A stretch of DNA of 64,000 bases from Candidatus Poribacteria bacterium (lineage in GTDB: Bacteria > Poribacteria > WGA-4E > PCPOR2b), in NCBI GenBank assembly GCA_965116925.1, contig OZ220744.1, positions 2,688,001 through 2,752,000 of the forward strand, written 5' to 3'. A model generated the notes under the pieces. That model was not told where the DNA came from, made no database searches, and saw nothing but the letters and a program-made list of their open reading frames with translations. Below are positions 9,399-19,527 of this stretch, in pieces (within the stretch, counting starts at the first letter, position 1; each line of letters starts with the position of its first letter). The position numbers were made by a program, and so were the translations under genes.

Positions 9399-10394
9399 CT
9401 AGAGCGGTAGGTCTATTGAACACCCCTGATCGGCGGACATATAAAACGCCTGCATCAGTTCAGTGAGGTTGCGACCGTCCTGAATCGTGATGTGCATCGG
9501 CTCATCGCGCAGAATGCCGTTGATCCACTGCTGCATCGCTGAGGGTGGCGGTTCAGGGCACTGCGCGATGTATTCCCCTTTTTCTTCGTCCGAGAGTTTG
9601 CGCGTTTCAAAGTGCATATCGCCGTGGTCGAGAACAATCGAACCTTCCGTTCCGTAGAGTTCGAGCATATTGGGACCAGAGCGGTGGGCCCACGAAACAT
9701 CAATCACCCCAAGTGCCTTGTTCGCAAACTCGACTACCGAGACGCTGTTGTCGTCAATTGGATAGTTGCCCGTGAAGTTGTTAATCTTGGAGATGGTGCT
9801 CTTCGGTTCGCCCATGAGCCAACGGATGATGTCCACCCGATGACAACCGAGATCAAACAAAGCACCGCCGCCAGCCCGCTTTGCATCCCCAAACCAGAGG
9901 CTGGGACCTGTGAACCATTTATCCAATCCCGCCGAGTGTGCAACACGCCCACGTCCGAAGGTGAGATCACCCAAGAGACCGTCATCAAGGGCTTTCTTCG
10001 CAAATACCAGATCGGGGTTACACCGTGATGGCAGCGAGATCATGAATTTTACCCCTGCCCCCTCTACGGCTTCGATGATTTGGTCGCATTCATCGACGGT
10101 GATGGCGAGGGCTTTTTCGGTGAAGATATGTTTGCCCGCTTCCGCCGCCGCAATCATCACTCTGGGGTGATCTGAGGTTATAGCGTTGACGACAACGGCG
10201 TCGATGTCATCTTGAGCGAGAACTTGGTCGAGATCCGAATAGAATGGGACGTTATATTCTTCAGCAGCCTGCTTGCCGCCGTATTCCTCTTCGTCCCAAA
10301 CGGCGGCCAATTCGGTTTCTGGGTTTTCCAGAATCTGGTTGGCATAGCCTCTCGCGTGAACGTGGGCGAAACTGAGTTTGGCGATTTTAATCAT
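9399..10394 (-). CDS. Gfo/Idh/MocA oxidoreductase
   Basis: GKHIFTEKA, GGGALFDLGCH, ELYGTEG. Confidence 0.9.
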   Translation of the reverse strand: MIKIAKLSFAHVHARGYANQILENPETELAAVWDEEEYGGKQAAEEYNVPFYSDLDQVLAQDDIDAVVVNAITSDHPRVMIAAAEAGKHIFTEKALAITVDECDQIIEAVEGAGVKFMISLPSRCNPDLVFAKKALDDGLLGDLTFGRGRVAHSAGLDKWFTGPSLWFGDAKRAGGGALFDLGCHRVDIIRWLMGEPKSTISKINNFTGNYPIDDNSVSVVEFANKALGVIDVSWAHRSGPNMLELYGTEGSIVLDHGDMHFETRKLSDEEKGEYIAQCPEPPPSAMQQWINGILRDEPMHITIQDGRNLTELMQAFYMSADQGCSIDLPL

Positions 10395-10461
10395 ATTGTG
10401 ACTCCTTAGCGGTGCTCAATTTGGATGTGATTATATATGTTACATATTGACCGCTCGTTTT

Positions 10462-10977
10462 TTATTGGTGTTTTCCAGGGCCGTTACTTCTCTGTGACCT
10501 CGCCTTCTGTGCGTAAACTTTAAAACCGATTATGATGTCGTCTGCCTCCCGCCGTAATGACACTGTTTTCTGGATGACCCTGATTTCGGCTGCGCGGATA
10601 TTCAAATTGATGCGGGTGTTCGTGTCAACAGGTGATTTGAGTTGCTTGACCAATTTCCAGCTATCAGTGTCCGTAAGCCGTGTGTAAACATCCAAATTTT
10701 TCAGGGGAGTGCCGAGTGTATCAAGGTAGAAGTACCGGATAAAGCGAGGTGCGTCTATAGAAAAGCAATAACTGTGTGCAAGTCCGTGATTATACCGAGC
10801 CGCATTTGTGTGGTAGGCGGAGTGTCTGGATGGGACTGCGGAGTATCGGCTTGTTGCTTCGAGTGCGTCGTAGTAAAACTTGCCGGATATAACTTCGGTC
10901 CCGCCGTCATCAAGAGATGACAGGATAGAAGAACACCCTACAAAAACCATCGTGCAAAACAGGAACAGGATTTTCAT
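10462..10977 (-). CDS. Hypothetical lipoprotein
   Basis: MKILFLFCTMVFVGC lipobox-like signal peptide. Confidence 0.55.
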   Translation of the reverse strand: MKILFLFCTMVFVGCSSILSSLDDGGTEVISGKFYYDALEATSRYSAVPSRHSAYHTNAARYNHGLAHSYCFSIDAPRFIRYFYLDTLGTPLKNLDVYTRLTDTDSWKLVKQLKSPVDTNTRINLNIRAAEIRVIQKTVSLRREADDIIIGFKVYAQKARSQRSNGPGKHQ

Positions 10978-11009
10978 CGGTCAATTTCCTATCGTATAAT
11001 GATTATGGG

Positions 11010-11447
11010 TTAGGATTCGTTTAATATGTTTTCTATAAAAAAAAATAAAGGATCCACGAACGAGTAGAACTGGTAGGAATTCTCCGTGCTGAGTATCCTC
11101 TTGAGGTATGGCTGAACTGCAAGTGCGCCGTGATCGCTGCATCCGAAGTCGATAAGGATGGCAAGCGCGGTCTGTGCTGTGCCGGGGCCTGAATTGCCCC
11201 AATCAAAGCTGTCGGCATCGTGCCGCAGTGCTTGACTCGTTTCTATCGGGATTTCAATCTTTGTTTCTTTTGCTTCTGGGCCTATGTCATCTTCCTCTAT
11301 CCGGTAGAGTTTGCCGGTCCCGTCGGGTTGGCGTTCTCCTCGGTAGCCGATGAAGAAGCGTAGCAAGGGTTCTGTGCTTTCAGGGATCCGCTCGTCGTCT
11401 GGAGGTATGTCGCCGGTGATGAGATATGGTTCTTTAAGGCTTGGCAT
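11010..11447 (-). CDS. DUF6166-like protein
   Basis: HDADSFDWGNSGPGTAQTALAILID resembles the HSPxGFEWGYGGSGPAQLALA motif; AGGA before ATG 11447. Confidence 0.55.
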   Translation of the reverse strand: MPSLKEPYLITGDIPPDDERIPESTEPLLRFFIGYRGERQPDGTGKLYRIEEDDIGPEAKETKIEIPIETSQALRHDADSFDWGNSGPGTAQTALAILIDFGCSDHGALAVQPYLKRILSTENSYQFYSFVDPLFFFIENILNES

Positions 11448-11508
11448 AGATAGATTTCCTCTGATTTGCCGCCACGCTGGGTGCGGACAGCGGTTAGCTC
11501 TCGTCAAG

Positions 11509-11574
11509 CATCTTTTTTCCATTATGTAAATGAGCAACTGCCATCTTTTTTCCATTATGTAAATGAGCAACTGC
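11509..11574. repeat. Exact 33-bp tandem duplication
   Basis: CATCTTTTTTCCATTATGTAAATGAGCAACTGC x2 (11509-11541, 11542-11574). Confidence 0.95.
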
Positions 11575-11623
11575 GCCGTTCTGCTATCTCTGGAAGAGGG
11601 GTGCCTACTGGAGGCCGATTGTC

Positions 11624-12418
11624 CTACTGTCGAGTTCGACGAAGTTCATCCTTAATACGGTTGCAGAGACTCAGGTCCCCCGCTTCTTCCGCGTATTGTA
11701 ACGACTGCTCTAAATCCTTGCGTCCCTGCGAGTGATGCCCTAAGTCTCGCTTCGCCAACCCCCGATAGAAGTAGGCCCAAGCATTATCGGGGTCAAGTCG
11801 GAGTGCTTCGTCACAATCGGTAATCGCGGCAAAATGTTCGCCTAATTCGTATTTCAGCCACCCTCGAACTCGATATTTATCGTCATGGTCAGGGTTAAGT
11901 TGAATGCCTTTGTCGGCATCGGCAATTGCCGCAGCGTGCTGTCCTGCACTAAACTTCACCATACCCCGGTTACTGTAAAAAGAACCAACATCGGGATCGA
12001 GGCTAATCGCCTTGTCATAATCAGCAATTGCAGCAGCATGATGGTTTAACCTATGTTTTGACCATCCCCGGTTGGAGTACGCATGGGCATAATTGGGATC
12101 AAGGCTAATTGCTTTGTCATAATCAACAATTGCAGCGGCGTGTTGGTTTAATTGAGCTTTTGCAATGCCCCGATAGTAGTAAGGTCTGGCATTAGTCGAA
12201 TCGTCCTTTATCGCCAGATCATAGTGGCTTATCGCTTCAAAGTATAGACGTTTTCCTGCAGATACTCTTCCCTCGTCAAGATGGGATAGGGTGAAGTTGA
12301 ATTGGCGATCGGTGAATGGGTTTTCACTTGGGGTATGAGAAGTATCGTAAAGCAGTCCAAGAATTATCGTTACTATCATTGCCACAGCGAGGAGAATAGG
12401 AACCATGCGGTCTTTCAT
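11624..12418 (-). CDS. Membrane-anchored TPR-repeat protein
   Basis: N-terminal hydrophobic helix; repeated AAAI.DYDKAI.LDP..A.AY.NRG units. Confidence 0.9.
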   Translation of the reverse strand: MKDRMVPILLAVAMIVTIILGLLYDTSHTPSENPFTDRQFNFTLSHLDEGRVSAGKRLYFEAISHYDLAIKDDSTNARPYYYRGIAKAQLNQHAAAIVDYDKAISLDPNYAHAYSNRGWSKHRLNHHAAAIADYDKAISLDPDVGSFYSNRGMVKFSAGQHAAAIADADKGIQLNPDHDDKYRVRGWLKYELGEHFAAITDCDEALRLDPDNAWAYFYRGLAKRDLGHHSQGRKDLEQSLQYAEEAGDLSLCNRIKDELRRTRQ

Positions 12419-12461
12419 TTCGGTTTTCCCTTCCCGTATTTATACCGTTTGAACAGCTCGA

Positions 12462-12959
12462 CTAATCGTGGGTCCACGTTATCTGTTTTGCTTCGTTGGA
12501 ATCACTGTAGAAACCAATCCCCGCTGCCGATGATTTCTCGTAGACTATTAACTCATTCCGCTCTGGGTAGGCGTGGATCTTAAACGCATCTCGCTTCAGC
12601 GGATCGGTGATGAACATAAGATTCATGATTGGAGCAGAAGTTAGTCCAATCATCGCTTCACCCTTGTGATTGTGAACTAAGATACCATTATAATCGCCAG
12701 CAGAATTCAGCGTGACTGCTTCCTTACCATCTGTATTAAAGAGAACGATTTGATTGTGGCGCGTGAAACGAGTAGCATTCAAAACAATTGCGTCTTTCCC
12801 TGCTGTATCAACGACTGTCAGTTTCCGACAGGTAATCTCATTAAACACTCCATTACTCTGTGCCTCGATGTCTGGTGTGATAAACTGTCCGATAGTAATA
12901 CCGACTGCCATAATCCCTGCACCTAAAAGGATATATCCGAGTTTCTGTTTGTGATTCAT
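12462..12959 (-). CDS. Hypothetical secreted protein
   Basis: Signal/TM segment then EAQ..GVF.EITCRKL.VVD; AAGGA RBS. Confidence 0.65.
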   Translation of the reverse strand: MNHKQKLGYILLGAGIMAVGITIGQFITPDIEAQSNGVFNEITCRKLTVVDTAGKDAIVLNATRFTRHNQIVLFNTDGKEAVTLNSAGDYNGILVHNHKGEAMIGLTSAPIMNLMFITDPLKRDAFKIHAYPERNELIVYEKSSAAGIGFYSDSNEAKQITWTHD

Positions 12960-13045
12960 TATCATTTCCTTTCGCTTGTAAGTGGACTTTACCTTTGATA
13001 ACTGCAATCATCACTTCTTGACAAAACCTGCACCGAATCCTGACC

Positions 13046-13134
13046 GTAGGAACGAGATTTCCTCGCTCGATGGTTTGGGAAACCCAACCCCTAGAAAAGT
13101 TGACCCAGTGTAGGAGCAACCCTTGTGGTTGCCC
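13046..13134. repeat. Cluster of degenerate GTAG REP hairpins
   Basis: GTAGGAACGAGATTTCCTCGCTC, GGTTTGGGAAACCCAACCCCTA, GTAGGAGCAACCCTTGTGGTTGCCC. Confidence 0.7.
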
Positions 13135-13149
13135 AAAATACTTTCCGTA

Positions 13150-13365
13150 TCAGTCTTTCCGGTTGTAGCATTTCTCAAGCCGCTCCATATAGAGTTTATG
13201 GAATTCTTCCTCATTTAGATCTGGAAATCTTTTTCGCAAGCCGTGGATGAACAGTTTCTTGCTAAACTTGGATAGCTCAAATGCTTTCATCAACCGTTGT
13301 TCTGGCGTCATGCGCCGCAGGATCTCAATATATTGTTTATGATTGGGACATTCTTTGATGTTCAT
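13150..13365 (-). CDS. Small hypothetical protein, antitoxin/accessory-like
   Basis: 71 aa, ILRRMTPEQRLMKAFELS..GLRKRFPDL pattern. Confidence 0.6.
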   Translation of the reverse strand: MNIKECPNHKQYIEILRRMTPEQRLMKAFELSKFSKKLFIHGLRKRFPDLNEEEFHKLYMERLEKCYNRKD

Positions 13366-13379
13366 ATTCCGTCACACCG

Positions 13380-14327
13380 TTATTCCTGTGAAGTTCCTCC
13401 GTTAGAAGCCGTAGGACTCGTAACCTCCAGAAATAGATCCGCTAACCCGTATTCAACTCTCTGAAAACGTGAAACCGCAACATCTCCACAGACCAAATCT
13501 TTCAGTAAGTTGGCAGTTTCCGTCTCCGTCATCTGTGATTCAATCTGGATGCGTGCATCCATAATTTGTGTAGATATTACATCCGATCTCGTCTCCAGAA
13601 TCGCTTGGGCTGCCTCCATGCCCGATGCGACTTCAATCTCCAGTCGATGCCGATTACCATACCGCTCAGAAATGTCGCGCATCTCTCCGTAAAATGCCAA
13701 GTGTCCCCCACTCAAAATGCCAACACGGTTGCATGGGGTTATCGCATCGGTCAGGTTGTTTGTCGCTAGAATCACCGTTTTTCCCATCGCTCCTAGTTCT
13801 TGGATTAATGCGCCCATCTCGGCTTGCCCCTGCGGATCTAAGAGCGCGACGGGGGCGTCAATCAACCAGACGGACGGATCGTGCAAGAAGGTTTTGGCTA
13901 AACACAATCGCTGTTTCTGTCCCAGTGATAGGTGTTCGATCTTCTCATCTCGCAACCTCGCCAGATCCATCAGATCCAGAACGTCTTGGATGCCTGTCGT
14001 ACGTTGTCCCTTTTCTATTTTATATGCCGCAGCAAAAAACTCCAGATATTCCTGAATAGAGAGGTTAGGATACCCCTCAAAGGTTTCGGGAATATAGCCG
14101 ATGAGTGGGCGGACAGCACGAATGTCCTTCGTTGCGTCGTATCCAGCAAGCTCTATAGAACCGGAGGTCGGCTTAATCAGCGTTGCTAGAATCTTTATGA
14201 GCAGCGTCTTGCCTGAACCGTTTGGGCCCAACAACGCCATACGATCCCCAGCGTCCAAATGAAAATTCAGATCGGTGAGAATCGGTTTCTGCTGAAAAGA
14301 TTTGCACAACTCTTGGACGTGAATCAC
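13380..14327 (-). CDS. ABC transporter ATP-binding protein with degenerate Walker B/H-loop
   Basis: GPNGSGKT, LSLGQ; DAP in place of DEP; start GTG inferred from GGAG. Confidence 0.8.
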   Translation of the reverse strand: MIHVQELCKSFQQKPILTDLNFHLDAGDRMALLGPNGSGKTLLIKILATLIKPTSGSIELAGYDATKDIRAVRPLIGYIPETFEGYPNLSIQEYLEFFAAAYKIEKGQRTTGIQDVLDLMDLARLRDEKIEHLSLGQKQRLCLAKTFLHDPSVWLIDAPVALLDPQGQAEMGALIQELGAMGKTVILATNNLTDAITPCNRVGILSGGHLAFYGEMRDISERYGNRHRLEIEVASGMEAAQAILETRSDVISTQIMDARIQIESQMTETETANLLKDLVCGDVAVSRFQRVEYGLADLFLEVTSPTASNGGTSQE

Positions 14328-14468
14328 AACGTGAAAATCTCCGAAGTTGGGGCAAGTTTCAAAAGTCCACAAAAGCAACACTCCAATCACATTATAGCAC
14401 GCCAATCTCTATTTGGAAATGGTAATTCTGTGAAGGAGGTAGGTAGAGGAATTGTACCTGTTTATCTG

Positions 14469-14498
14469 TTGACTCAACCTTTCAATCTGTAGTATAAT
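14469..14498 (+). promoter_or_regulatory. Sigma-70-type promoter for the Rpn remnant
   Basis: TTGACT-N18-TATAAT. Confidence 0.55.
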
Positions 14499-14559
14499 TA
14501 GCCAACACACTTTTCAAATGATATTACTTCTAAGTACCTATTTGAAAATCTAAGGAGCT

Positions 14560-14977
14560 ATGGCTGGCGAATCAGAAATACTCAATTTTTTCGACATCCG
14601 AATTGAACACTTTCCTGACCGGAGTGCCCGATGGCTATTCCAAGACAAAGAGAACGTCCGAGGATTGAGAATTGAGCACACTAGTTGACCAACACATTGA
14701 ACAACCATCAGATAGGGAGGAGGTAGAAGTCATGGCGCAGACAATGGCTGAACATCTCATTGAACGTGGCAAAGCACAAGGTTTTGAACAAGGTGAGACA
14801 CGAGGGAAACAGGAGGCACTCCTCAAACTACTGCGGTTCCGATTTGGTTCCATACCTGAATATATAACCAATCAGATTACTCAGATACAGAGTCACTCCC
14901 GTTTGGACTCGCTTTTTGAGCGGGTGTTGACCGCGCAGACACTTGATGAAATTGATTGGCAAAACCGTGATGGCTAA
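14560..14977 (+). pseudogene. Internally deleted Rpn/YhgA-like (PD-(D/E)XK putative transposase) gene; C-terminal DUF4351-like ORF 14732-14977 still intact
   Basis: AAGGAG-ATG 14560 gives MAGESE..HFPDRSARWLFQDKENVRGL then stops at 14688; other frame gives [29 protein letters not shown]. Confidence 0.7.
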
Positions 14978-15045
14978 GTTCTGTTGACATTTGACAGATT
15001 TGGGTGTTGGGTGTTAGGGAGGAGGTAGGAACCATAGCAAAGACA

Positions 15046-15339
15046 ATGGCGGAGCATCTCATTGAACAAGGCATTAAACAAGGCATTGAACAAGGTAAGG
15101 CACACGTTCGCAAACAAGGCAAGGCACAAGTTCTTAAACAAGCTATTGAACAAGGCGAAAGGCGAGGGAAACAGGAGGCACTCCTCAAACTACTGCGGTT
15201 CCGATTTGGTTCCATACCTGAATCTATGACCAATGAGATTACCCTGATACAGAGTCTTTCCCATCTAGATATGCTCTTTGAGAAGGCGATGACTGCTTGG
15301 GCACTTAATGAAATTGATTTACAAAACCGTGATGGCTAA
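15046..15339 (+). CDS. Second Rpn C-terminal (RpnS/DUF4351-like) cassette
   Basis: Paralogue of 14732-14977 (61 bp identical, 14801-14861 vs 15163-15223) with expanded EQG/KQG repeats; GGAGGAGG upstream. Confidence 0.6.
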   Translation: MAEHLIEQGIKQGIEQGKAHVRKQGKAQVLKQAIEQGERRGKQEALLKLLRFRFGSIPESMTNEITLIQSLSHLDMLFEKAMTAWALNEIDLQNRDG

Positions 15340-15485
15340 AAACCTGTGAAACACTTCAAATCTGGGATTTTTGGGTCATATCTTATACCTCAAAAATGGC
15401 TTTGTCACCTACTATTGAAACAGGTTCCAAACAACAAACTTTTTATGCCCGATGTTTTATCGGGGGAGGTATTGAGGAATACAAC

Positions 15486-16715
15486 GTGCAGGCAGAATTG
15501 AGCATCGACGAACAGGTGGCACTTATACGCAGGGGAACGGCAGAGATTATCTCTGAGGGAGAACTCGCTCAAAAATTGGAAAACGCCGGAACACAGAAAC
15601 GGCCCCTTCGTATCAAACTTGGATTGGATCCAACAGCACCGGATATCCATCTCGGCATTGCAGTTGTCTTACGCAAACTGCGCCAATTTCAGGATCTCGG
15701 ACATGAGGTTATCCTTATCATCGGTGACTTTACGGCGACAATTGGGGATCCAAGCGGCAAATCGAAAACACGACCACAACTAACGGCGGAAGAGGTCAAA
15801 CATAACGCGAAGACCTATGCAGACCAGTATTGCATGATTCTGGATGAAGACAAAACCCGCGTTGTTTTCAACAGTGAATGGCTTGATGAGATGTCTTTTG
15901 CGGATGTCATTAGACTGAGTGCCCAAACAACGGTGGCGCGAATCCTAGAACGGGATGATTTTACAAATCGGCTTCATGACGGTGCTTCAATCGGGATGCA
16001 TGAACTCCTTTACCCAATATGCCAAGGCTACGATTCAGTCGTCTTGGAAGCAGATGTAGAGATGGGCGGGACGGATCAGAAATTCAATATCCTGATGGGA
16101 CGTGACCTCCAACGCGCTTATGACCAAGAACCTCAAGTGACGCTGCTAATGCCCCTACTCGTCGGTCTTGATGGGGCTGAGAAGATGAGCAAATCGTTGG
16201 GGAACTACGTTGGGATCTACGAACCGCCCTCCGAAATGTATGCCAAGTTAATGTCCATCTCCGATGAGTTGATGTCCACCTACTTTGAGTTGGCAACGGA
16301 TGTGCCGCTCGACGAAATTCGTGCGTATGAGGAGCAATTGGCAAAGGGTAGTATTCACCCCAAGACAGTCAAACAGCGGCTTGCCCGCGAGATTGTGACT
16401 ATCTACCACAACGCAGATGCGGCGCACGCGGCGGAGGCGGAGTTTGACAGGATACACCGCGATCGACAGCTTCCCGATGATCTGCCCGAAGTTGCTATTC
16501 CGGCGTCCTCGCTCACTGACGGCAAGATATGGATCGCCCATCTGATACAGCAAGCCGGTTTTGCCCAGAGTTCCAGCGACGCGAGACGATTGGTGCAGCA
16601 AGGTGGAGTCCGCCTTGATGGTAACAGAATCACGGATCCAAGGTTGGAAGTCGCTTTGCAGGGGGAAGCCATCTTGCAGGTCGGTAAGCGACGGTTTGCG
16701 AAGGTTAAAATATGA
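15486..16715 (+). CDS. tyrS: Tyrosine--tRNA ligase
   Basis: [28 protein letters not shown]-terminal S4 domain. Confidence 0.97.
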   Translation: MQAELSIDEQVALIRRGTAEIISEGELAQKLENAGTQKRPLRIKLGLDPTAPDIHLGIAVVLRKLRQFQDLGHEVILIIGDFTATIGDPSGKSKTRPQLTAEEVKHNAKTYADQYCMILDEDKTRVVFNSEWLDEMSFADVIRLSAQTTVARILERDDFTNRLHDGASIGMHELLYPICQGYDSVVLEADVEMGGTDQKFNILMGRDLQRAYDQEPQVTLLMPLLVGLDGAEKMSKSLGNYVGIYEPPSEMYAKLMSISDELMSTYFELATDVPLDEIRAYEEQLAKGSIHPKTVKQRLAREIVTIYHNADAAHAAEAEFDRIHRDRQLPDDLPEVAIPASSLTDGKIWIAHLIQQAGFAQSSSDARRLVQQGGVRLDGNRITDPRLEVALQGEAILQVGKRRFAKVKI

Positions 16716-17485
16716 TTTTTGTAACCAACGACGATGGGATTGATGCGCCGGGCTTAAAGGTTCTCGCCGAGGCACTCGAAACCCTCGATGAGGTTTATGT
16801 TGTGGCACCGGATCGGGAGCGGAGCGCTGTCGGCATGGCAATCACGCTGCATCAGCCGCTGAGAGCCAAACAGGCTTGGAAGCATGCCTACGCAGTTGAT
16901 GGGACACCGGTCGATTGCGTAGACCTTGCACTGGGTACCCTGCTCCCCGAACCCCCAAAATTGCTGGTCTCTGGCATCAATCGGGGACAGAATCTTGGGG
17001 CTGATATTCATTTTTCAGGCACGGTTGGGGCGGCGAAAAAAGGAACGCTCGCAGGGATTCCGTCGATTGCGGTTTCCCTCGCTTTAGAAGGGGTAGGAGA
17101 ACAGCAGTCTAACTTCCACTACAAAACAGCGGGAGCGATTGCGTGTCGCATTGCGAAGCAGGTGATCGAGAAGGGGATGCCGAGCCATATCCTGCTTAAT
17201 GTGAACGTGCCGAATTGTCGGCTTTCCGATGTGAAAGGCATCAAGATAACACGGCAAGACCGAGGGAACTACAGTATAAACGCTGTCACACGGCTGGATC
17301 GGGGCGGCCGCCCCTACTACTGGATTGGTGGAGAGCGCACCCAAATTGACTTTGGAGGAGATACAGACCTCCATGCGGTTCACAATCGACGCGTGTCGAT
17401 TACGCCGGTACAGCTTGACTTCACAGATCACACCCTCATCACGCCACTGAAGGCTTGGCTGGATGATGAGAACATGCAACTCTAA
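16712..17485 (+). CDS. surE: 5'/3'-nucleotidase SurE
   Basis: [32 protein letters not shown]. Confidence 0.97.
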   Translation: MIFVTNDDGIDAPGLKVLAEALETLDEVYVVAPDRERSAVGMAITLHQPLRAKQAWKHAYAVDGTPVDCVDLALGTLLPEPPKLLVSGINRGQNLGADIHFSGTVGAAKKGTLAGIPSIAVSLALEGVGEQQSNFHYKTAGAIACRIAKQVIEKGMPSHILLNVNVPNCRLSDVKGIKITRQDRGNYSINAVTRLDRGGRPYYWIGGERTQIDFGGDTDLHAVHNRRVSITPVQLDFTDHTLITPLKAWLDDENMQL

Positions 17486-17505
17486 CCCGATAACAAGGAG
17501 GACAT

Positions 17506-18534
17506 TTGCGCTATCTAACGCTGGTTCTCAAGGGGTGTTGTATTGGGGTGGCAAATATTATTCCCGGTGTGAGTGGCGGCACTATGGCGGTTATGCTTGG
17601 CATCTATGAACGATTGATTCGCGCCTTGCACCACATCGGCTTTTCGACTGCAAGAAAACTCTTGGCAATTTTCACGCTAAAAAGGGAGGCAGTATCTGAA
17701 GCACAGGCAGAGTTGCATCGTATTGATTTCGGATTTTTAATAGCCATTACCTTCGGTGCACTGCTCGCTGTCGTCGCATCAGCCCGATTAATCATCTATC
17801 TGCTGAATGAGCAACACGATCCGACCTACGGTTTCTTTTCTGGATTGGTGCTGACCTCTGTTATCATTCCACTCAAAATGCTGAAACGTTTTACCGTCAA
17901 AGAGGTTGTCTCCCTTCTCCTCGCTGCAGGGTTGACAGTGGGACTAACACTGAGCATGAGCGGAGAACAGAGACTGGAGAGTGAGAGACGAAAACATAAA
18001 CTGCAAGAAAGTCAACTCAGCGGAAATGCAATCACCGGAGCAAAGGTTCACCCAGCGGTCCCGCAAGAGGTTTCAAAAGACGCAAATCACGCAGTTGGGG
18101 TGCTGCTTTATCTGTTTTTCTGTAGTGCTATTGCGGTTTCTGCGATGATCTTGCCGGGCATCAGTGGCTCTTTCATTTTTCTCCTGTTGGGTGTTTACTT
18201 TGATGTACTGGCAGCGATAAATAATCGGGACTGGATTGTGATCGGGGTTGTTGCTTTAGGCGGTGTTGTCGGACTGTTGGCGTTCACCCGATTGCTGAAT
18301 TATGTCCTTGAACGCCATCGCGATTTGACGGTATCCTTCTTAATTGGATTGATGCTCGCTTCATTATACGGGCTTTGGCCCTTCCGCAGTTATGAAGTGG
18401 TCGGTGAGGCACGTATCGACATCGCTCATATCCTGCCACAAGCTAATATGAATCTGGCTACCACGGTTTTAGCCGCGCTGATCGGTTGCGGGGTGGTGCT
18501 CCTGTTTTATCATCTGGAAGCTAAAAGAAATTAA
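17506..18534 (+). CDS. DUF368 membrane protein
   Basis: IIPGVSGGT and MILPGISGS motifs, multiple TM helices. Confidence 0.9.
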   Translation: MRYLTLVLKGCCIGVANIIPGVSGGTMAVMLGIYERLIRALHHIGFSTARKLLAIFTLKREAVSEAQAELHRIDFGFLIAITFGALLAVVASARLIIYLLNEQHDPTYGFFSGLVLTSVIIPLKMLKRFTVKEVVSLLLAAGLTVGLTLSMSGEQRLESERRKHKLQESQLSGNAITGAKVHPAVPQEVSKDANHAVGVLLYLFFCSAIAVSAMILPGISGSFIFLLLGVYFDVLAAINNRDWIVIGVVALGGVVGLLAFTRLLNYVLERHRDLTVSFLIGLMLASLYGLWPFRSYEVVGEARIDIAHILPQANMNLATTVLAALIGCGVVLLFYHLEAKRN

Positions 18535-18571
18535 TGCTAACTTGGCAGCAGTGGTTGAAGGATGATGTTTT

Positions 18572-18637
18572 ATGGATTATGAGAGACCAGACTTAAGAAG
18601 GGTTACATGGGTTGGGAATTCTAAGACAAAGTTGAAA
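18572..18637 (+). pseudogene. N-terminal fragment of a RelE/HigB (Gp49-like) toxin
   Basis: MDYERPDLRRVTWVGNSKTKLK resembles the ..V.W.G.S...L start of these toxins, then runs into an unrelated ORF. Confidence 0.4.
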
Positions 18638-18649
18638 GGGAGATACATC

Positions 18650-18913
18650 GTGTCAATTACAACAAAGGAATGGGTACTTGATACGGTTGCAAAACTACCA
18701 AACCCTGAGATGGGAGAACTGAAACAGTACTTGGAATATCTGATCTGGAAATCACAAAGGCCGAAAGGAAAGGGGCAACCCACACAGGTCCTAGAAGCTA
18801 TTAATAAATCGCATGACGTGACGATGGAAGATGCTCTGGCTCTGCTTGAGTCAATTAAAGAGGGGAAAACTCCCATACGATTTGATCCCCCCTTTGATGA
18901 GATTGTCCGATAA
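18650..18913 (+). CDS. DUF2281-like antitoxin
   Basis: GGAG-GTG start; KLP..E..EL..YLEYL pattern; directly upstream of a PIN remnant. Confidence 0.5.
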   Translation: MSITTKEWVLDTVAKLPNPEMGELKQYLEYLIWKSQRPKGKGQPTQVLEAINKSHDVTMEDALALLESIKEGKTPIRFDPPFDEIVR

Positions 18914-19028
18914 CGATCTTTGGATAGCTGCCACTGCTATGACACTCAATGCAATTCTTGTGACTTCTGATTTAGACTTTCAGAGAATTACCGGATTCGG
19001 ATTACGACTTGAGGATTGGACAAGGTGA
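18897..19028 (+). pseudogene. C-terminal fragment of a VapC/PIN toxin
   Basis: SDNDLWIAATA..LVTSD.DF.RI..L..EDW; N-terminal catalytic half absent. Confidence 0.75.
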
Positions 19029-19111
19029 TATACTTCCAAAGCTGAAGCATTGGGATTGACCAATGTTAGCTAACAGATAGGGAGCACGTCAACTGGTATT
19101 AAATTGACAAT

Positions 19112-19221
19112 TGATTGAAAGGATTTTTTCTGGAGCAAGTTATTCTTTATGAAAAGAGTTTTAGCCGCGCTGATCGGTTGCGGGGTGGTGCTCCTGTTTT
19201 ATCGTTTGGAAGGTAAAAGAA
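19112..19221 (+). repeat. Copy of the nadK 5' end fused to a copy of the DUF368 3' end
   Basis: 19112-19160 matches 19491-19539 (42/49); 19158-19221 matches 18466-18529 (61/64). Confidence 0.9.
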
Positions 19222-19232
19222 GGTGACCTGTA

Positions 19233-19493
19233 ATGTTTCCTGAGAACACGGAAAAGAATTTAACTGAACTTCAAGCCAATGCGGTTGAAGCCTATCGTCA
19301 ACGGCTAGCTGAAACTGTGCCAGAGGTTGAAATTCTTGACGCTTTTGCGACAGATGGTATTATCGAAGTAAAATTGAACGATGCCTCAGCACGAAAGTCC
19401 GCGACGGGAAAGCGCGTTGTGAAACTCTCAATTGAAGTGGAAGATCAGTTCAACGTGACTTTACTGCCCTATGTCGTTCCGCATGAAAACTGA
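19233..19493 (+). CDS. Small hypothetical protein, possibly a degenerate MNT-like antitoxin
   Basis: 86-aa ORF with AAGG RBS; C-terminus SIEVEDQFNVTLLPYVV. Confidence 0.55.
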   Translation: MFPENTEKNLTELQANAVEAYRQRLAETVPEVEILDAFATDGIIEVKLNDASARKSATGKRVVKLSIEVEDQFNVTLLPYVVPHEN

Positions 19494-19527
19494 TTGAAAG
19501 GATTTTTTCCAAAGCAGATTACTCTTT

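Noticed and set aside
11509..11574. CRISPR array
   Set aside because: Two abutting 33-bp copies with no spacer and no cas genes; no regularly spaced repeat-spacer array was seen anywhere
10462..13365. Prophage
   Set aside because: No integrase, terminase, structural or replication genes
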